Shown in pieces: positions 60,301-64,000 of a DNA stretch of 64,000 nt. This stretch comes from Tubiluchus corallicola. Its lineage: Eukaryota; Animalia; Priapulida. The stretch spans positions 89,473-153,472 of the forward strand of contig JAQGDQ010000527.1 of NCBI GenBank assembly GCA_030141605.1. The letters are read 5' to 3'. Numbering within the stretch: position 1 is the first letter of the stretch; each line of letters begins with the position of its first letter. Both the position numbers and the translations under genes were made by a program. The notes under the pieces were generated by a model. It saw only the letters and a program-made list of their open reading frames with translations. It ran no database searches and had not been told where the DNA came from.

Positions 60301-63300
60301 TCTTATGCACAGGTTTGCCAAGTGTACAGGCTGTAGCACTGTAGACACTTAGTCTTATGCACAGGTGTGCCAAGTGTACAGGCTGTAGCGATGTAGACAC
60401 TTAGTCTTATACACAGGTGTGCCAAGTGTACAGGCTGTAGCGATGTAGACACAGTCTTATGCACAGGTGTGCCAACTGTGCAGGCTGTAGCGATGTAGAC
60501 ACTTAGTCTTATGCACAGGTGTGCCAAGTGTACAGGCTGTTGCGATGTAGACACATAGTCTTATGCACAGGTGTGCCAAGTGTACAGGCTGTTGCGATGT
60601 AGACACATAGTCTTATGCACAGGTGTGCCAAGTGTACAGGCTGTTGCGATGTAGACACTTAGTCTTATGCACAGGTGTGCCAAGTGTACAGGCTGTAGCG
60701 ATGTAGACACAGTCTTATGCACAGGTGTGCCAACTGTGCAGGCTGTAGCGATGTAGACACTTAGTCTTATGCACAGGTGTGCCAAGTGTACAGGCTGTTG
60801 CGATGTAGACACATAGTCTTATGCACAGGTGTGCCAAGTGTACAGGCTGTAGCGGTGTAGACACAGTCTTATGCACAGGTGTGCCAAGTGTACAGGCTGT
60901 AGCGGTGTAGACACAGTCTTATGCACAGGTGTGCCAAGTGTACAGGCTGTAGCGATGTAGACACTTAGTGTTATGCACAGGTGTGCCAAGTGTGCAGGCT
61001 GTTGCGATGTAGACACTTAGTCTTATGCACAGGTGTGCCAAGTGTGCAGGCTGTTGCGATGTAGACACTTAGTCTTATGCACAGGTGTGCCAAGTGTGCA
61101 GGCTGTTGCGATGTAGACACTTAGTCTTATGCACAGGTGTGCCAAGTGTGCGCACAGGTGTGCCAAGTGTACAGGCTGTAGCGGTGTAGACACAGTCTTA
61201 TGCACAGGTGTGCCAAGTGTACAGGCTGTTGTGATGTAGACACAGTCTTATGCACAGGTGTGCCAAGTGTACAGGCTGTTGCGATGTAGACACATAGTCT
61301 TATGCACAGGTGTGCCAAGTATACAGGCTGTAGCGATGTAGACACTTAGTCTTATGCACAGGTGTGCCAAGTGTCTGTTGCGATGTAGACACTTAGTCTT
61401 ATGCACAGGTGTGCCAAGTGTCTGTTGCGATGTAGACACTTAGTCTTATGCACAGGTGTGCCAAGTGTGCAGGCTGTTGCGATGTAGACACTTAGTCTTA
61501 TGCACAGGTGTGCCAAGTGTACAGGCTGTTGCGATGTAGACACTTAGTGTTATGCACAGGTGTGCCAAGTGTACAGGCTGTTGCGATGTAGACACTTAGT
61601 CTTATGCACAGGTGTGCCAAGTGTGCAGGCTGTTGCGATGTAGACACTTAGTGTTATGCACAGGTGTGCCAAGTGTACAGGCTGTTGCGATGTAGACACT
61701 TAGTCTTATGCACAGGTGTGCCAAGTGTGCAGGCTGTTGCGATGTAGACACTTAGTCTTATGCACAGGTGTGCCAAGTGTGCAGGCTGTAGCGATGTAAA
61801 CACAGTCTTATGCACAGGTGTGCCAAGTGTGCAGGCTGTTGCGATGTAGACACAGTCTTATGCACAGGTGTGCCAAGTGTGCAGGCTGTTGCGATGTAAA
61901 CACTTAGTGTTATGCACAGGTGTGCCAAGTGTACAGGCTGTTACGATGTAGACACAGTCTTATGCACAGGTTTGCCAAGTGTGCAGGCTGTTGCGATGTA
62001 GACACAGTCTTATGCACAGGTGTGCCAAGTGTACAGGCTGTTGCGATGTAGACACAGTCTTATGTCTGTTATCACGGTTTTTGTAGTTTTAACAAATAGC
62101 TGTCAACATTTTTTATTCTGTGTTATTTTGATTAACAAGAACTGAATGATCTATCGTGATTTGATCACGGACAAATTAGGCATACATTCGCGTTAAACTA
62201 ATTTTCGTAAAACTCTGTTTTTCGTTGTGGTTAGTGCTTCGCAGTCTGCTGACGTGTTGCAGTACGTCCAGGTGTTGAGAGAATGTGCGGATGCTGCACC
62301 GATCAATGCTGCCATCGCTGTTGGTTCATCGGTGTTTCAGACATCAGGTCAGTTGCTGCTTTAATCTCTAAACAGTCGCTTGAATGATTTTTTCTGGTGA
62401 ATGATGCTTCACGAAATTTTCACTTGTTCGTGTCTGATCATTTATATGCCTTGTGACTACTAACTAACGCGGTTGTTATTGAAATTCCGCCAATTTGCCA
62501 TTAAGAAATGCGCTAGTGGTTAGACGCATTTGCGTTGGTGTTTGAGCTAGAGGGTTACAACTGTGCAAACAGTTAATTGGCATGTAACAGTCGACCGAGG
62601 TGTAAGCAAAAGTGTTTACCAACTTTATTCCACTCAGCATCTTTTTAACTGGTCCTTTCCTCCAAATCTGCTAGGGCACAAAAGGCTATGAGCAGGGAGT
62701 TTTTTTCTTGTATGATTATTTGTAGTAGTTTGACACGTAGGTAGTGCCTGAAGTTTTTAATGATGATGTAATTCATGAATTTATTTTGTTTTGTAATTAG
62801 CCAAAGCACAAGCAACGTGTTGCTGTAATTAGTGGCAGTGTTGGAAAGCTGATATTTTAGTGACCCTAAGGCTTTTTTTAAGTTTAAAATTGCGCACCTG
62901 GGGTGTTTTGAGGCCTTTATTTTCAAATTGCGTGAGGCTTATTGGCATTCTGAATCTATTATATTAATATTCTTGGTATATATATATATATATATGATTC
63001 GAGGCTACAGCTTCGATGAGGGCACCATTTGCGGCGATCTATACATCAAACAAAGGGTCTCGATCTAGTGTCGTCTCATTGGGGGTTTATTTTTCGAATC
63101 GGGCCCACTGGGACGAACGGGGGCGAAAAACCTCCAAAAATGGCCATTTTTCGGCCGTTTTTTGCAAAAGTTATATGGCTGAGATCTGAAGAACAGGAAC
63201 GGGTCATGGGTGGTGCTGGCTTTTAAAATAATGCGTAACTTGATGAATAATTTAGCTGGGAATAATGTGTAATAAGAATTTAGTTATCATGTTATTTAGA

Positions 63301-63539
63301 ATGCAGACTATTAACATTTTAATATTATGGTTGTGCTTGGATTATGTTTGTCTTTGTCACTGATGGAGAAAGAAAACACATTGTAAACTTTCGCACATAT
63401 TTTTAGGGTGTGACGAGGTTTCCAAGTGGTGGGCTGCAGTCGTGGCTATCGGTGCTCATTGGCTGACCGGTGACGATGCGGCAGCCAATCGCGCATACCC
63501 AATTGTTGATCAGTTGCCGCGGGAACTACAAGAAACTGT
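48343..63539 (+). CDS. SREBP: Sterol regulatory element-binding protein (bHLH-Zip, membrane-bound); 3' part continues beyond the window
   Basis: Exons 48343-48460, 48857-49254, 50738-50833, 52092-52298, 53620-53739, 55006-55120, 55762-56094, 56703-56881, 57784-58048, 58446-58612, 58957-59119, 59629-59746, 62235-62347, 63407-63539, in phase. Shows [20 protein letters not shown] with the SREBP-specific Tyr, DRSR + TM1 with NP (S2P), luminal RTIL (S1P site), and [12 protein letters not shown]. Confidence 0.96.
49279..49497 (-). mobile_element. 3' end of a LINE/SINE, same family as 9718-9960
   Basis: Direct sequence match. Confidence 0.7.
50200..50560 (-). mobile_element. Degenerate L2/CR1 LINE ORF2 C-terminal remnant
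   Basis: Minus strand reads [18 protein letters not shown]...FKLHLK, resembling the L2/CR1 G.RAFS.AAP.LWN.LP motif. Confidence 0.6.
50982..51294 (-). mobile_element. MITE family C
   Basis: TIRs and TA TSD. Confidence 0.9.
51383..51887 (+). mobile_element. hAT-like MITE
   Basis: Perfect 13-bp TIR cagggctcgtact/agtacgagccctg; partial 8-bp TSD. Confidence 0.8.
54556..54724. repeat. 42-bp tandem repeat, 4 copies
   Basis: acggtatctacccagttctaagctgagcattgttcaacaatg x4. Confidence 0.93.
57054..57513 (-). mobile_element. hAT MITE family A
   Basis: TIRs present; gtcta-type Charlie target. Confidence 0.92.
59850..62063. repeat. 2.2-kb minisatellite of 50/52-bp units (~43 copies) in a SREBP intron
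   Basis: Unit gtcttatgcacaggtgtgccaagtgtacaggctgtagcgatgtagacac(tt)a. Confidence 0.97.
63040..63222 (+). mobile_element. Interspersed repeat fragment, same family as 515-960
   Basis: Direct sequence match. Confidence 0.6.
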
Positions 63540-63636
63540 GTAAGTACAGATGTGAATGTGTTTCACAATAGGAGTCTGTGATTTTTCGCAAGATGCGAGA
63601 CAAAATGGAGTTGTCTCCACGTAGCTTTCTATATAG

Positions 63637-63997
63637 CAGTGGTTTCCAAACTTTCTCGGACCGTTACCCAAATCGGGAAACTGGTCTTGTCCATTACCCC
63701 CCACTTAGTACTACTTCTCCAACTCAAAAAGTAAAAAAACTTAACAAGCAAGCAAAATTATTTATGTTTGTTCGTGACATAAACAAATTTCCAGGTGTTG
63801 TTGTTGTATTGTTGCCAAAACAAGAATTACAATTATGACACAGTGTTGCCTGCCGTATTGTTGCCATTTTCAAGAAGAAAACAACGTAAAATGCATTCCG
63901 AGCAAAGTTTTAAAAATTTTCAGAAGGGTGCCCGTTCCCCCCCCCCAAACCATATTGCCCCCGGGGGGGTAATTTACCCCTACTTTGCGAACCACTG
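63637..63997 (+). mobile_element. hAT (Charlie-like) MITE
   Basis: TIR cagtggtttccaaa / tttgcgaaccactg. Confidence 0.7.
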
Positions 63998-64000
63998 CTC

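Noticed and set aside
59850-62063. CRISPR-like array, or the repetitive ORFs listed in the track
   Set aside because: The units are contiguous with no unique spacers, there are no cas genes, and it lies in a eukaryotic intron. The ORFs are translation artefacts.

Overview
AT-rich, intron-rich eukaryotic DNA, probably from an invertebrate bilaterian (inference). It is not prokaryotic, so most entries in the ORF track are spurious. By hand-splicing GT-AG exons with consistent phases I reconstruct five protein-coding genes: COMMD6 (-, long form), DELE1-like Sel1-repeat protein (+), RFC3 (-), MTHFD1/C1-THF synthase (+, only one coding intron) and SREBP (+, runs off the window end). They form two head-to-head pairs (COMMD6/DELE1 and RFC3/MTHFD1). 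Introns hold many MITE families (hAT, Tc1/mariner-pogo, piggyBac, Kolobok-like, Harbinger-like), four solo LTRs, MetaSINE-like SINEs, LINE remnants and minisatellites. The most notable items are a modular 5S rRNA-headed SINE family with an RTE-like structured body, present in five different architectures (one forms a 51-bp hairpin in the DELE1 3' UTR), the near-complete intron loss in MTHFD1, and a minisatellite made of 12 copies of a DELE1 splice acceptor. Family assignments rest on remembered motifs; no database searches were run.
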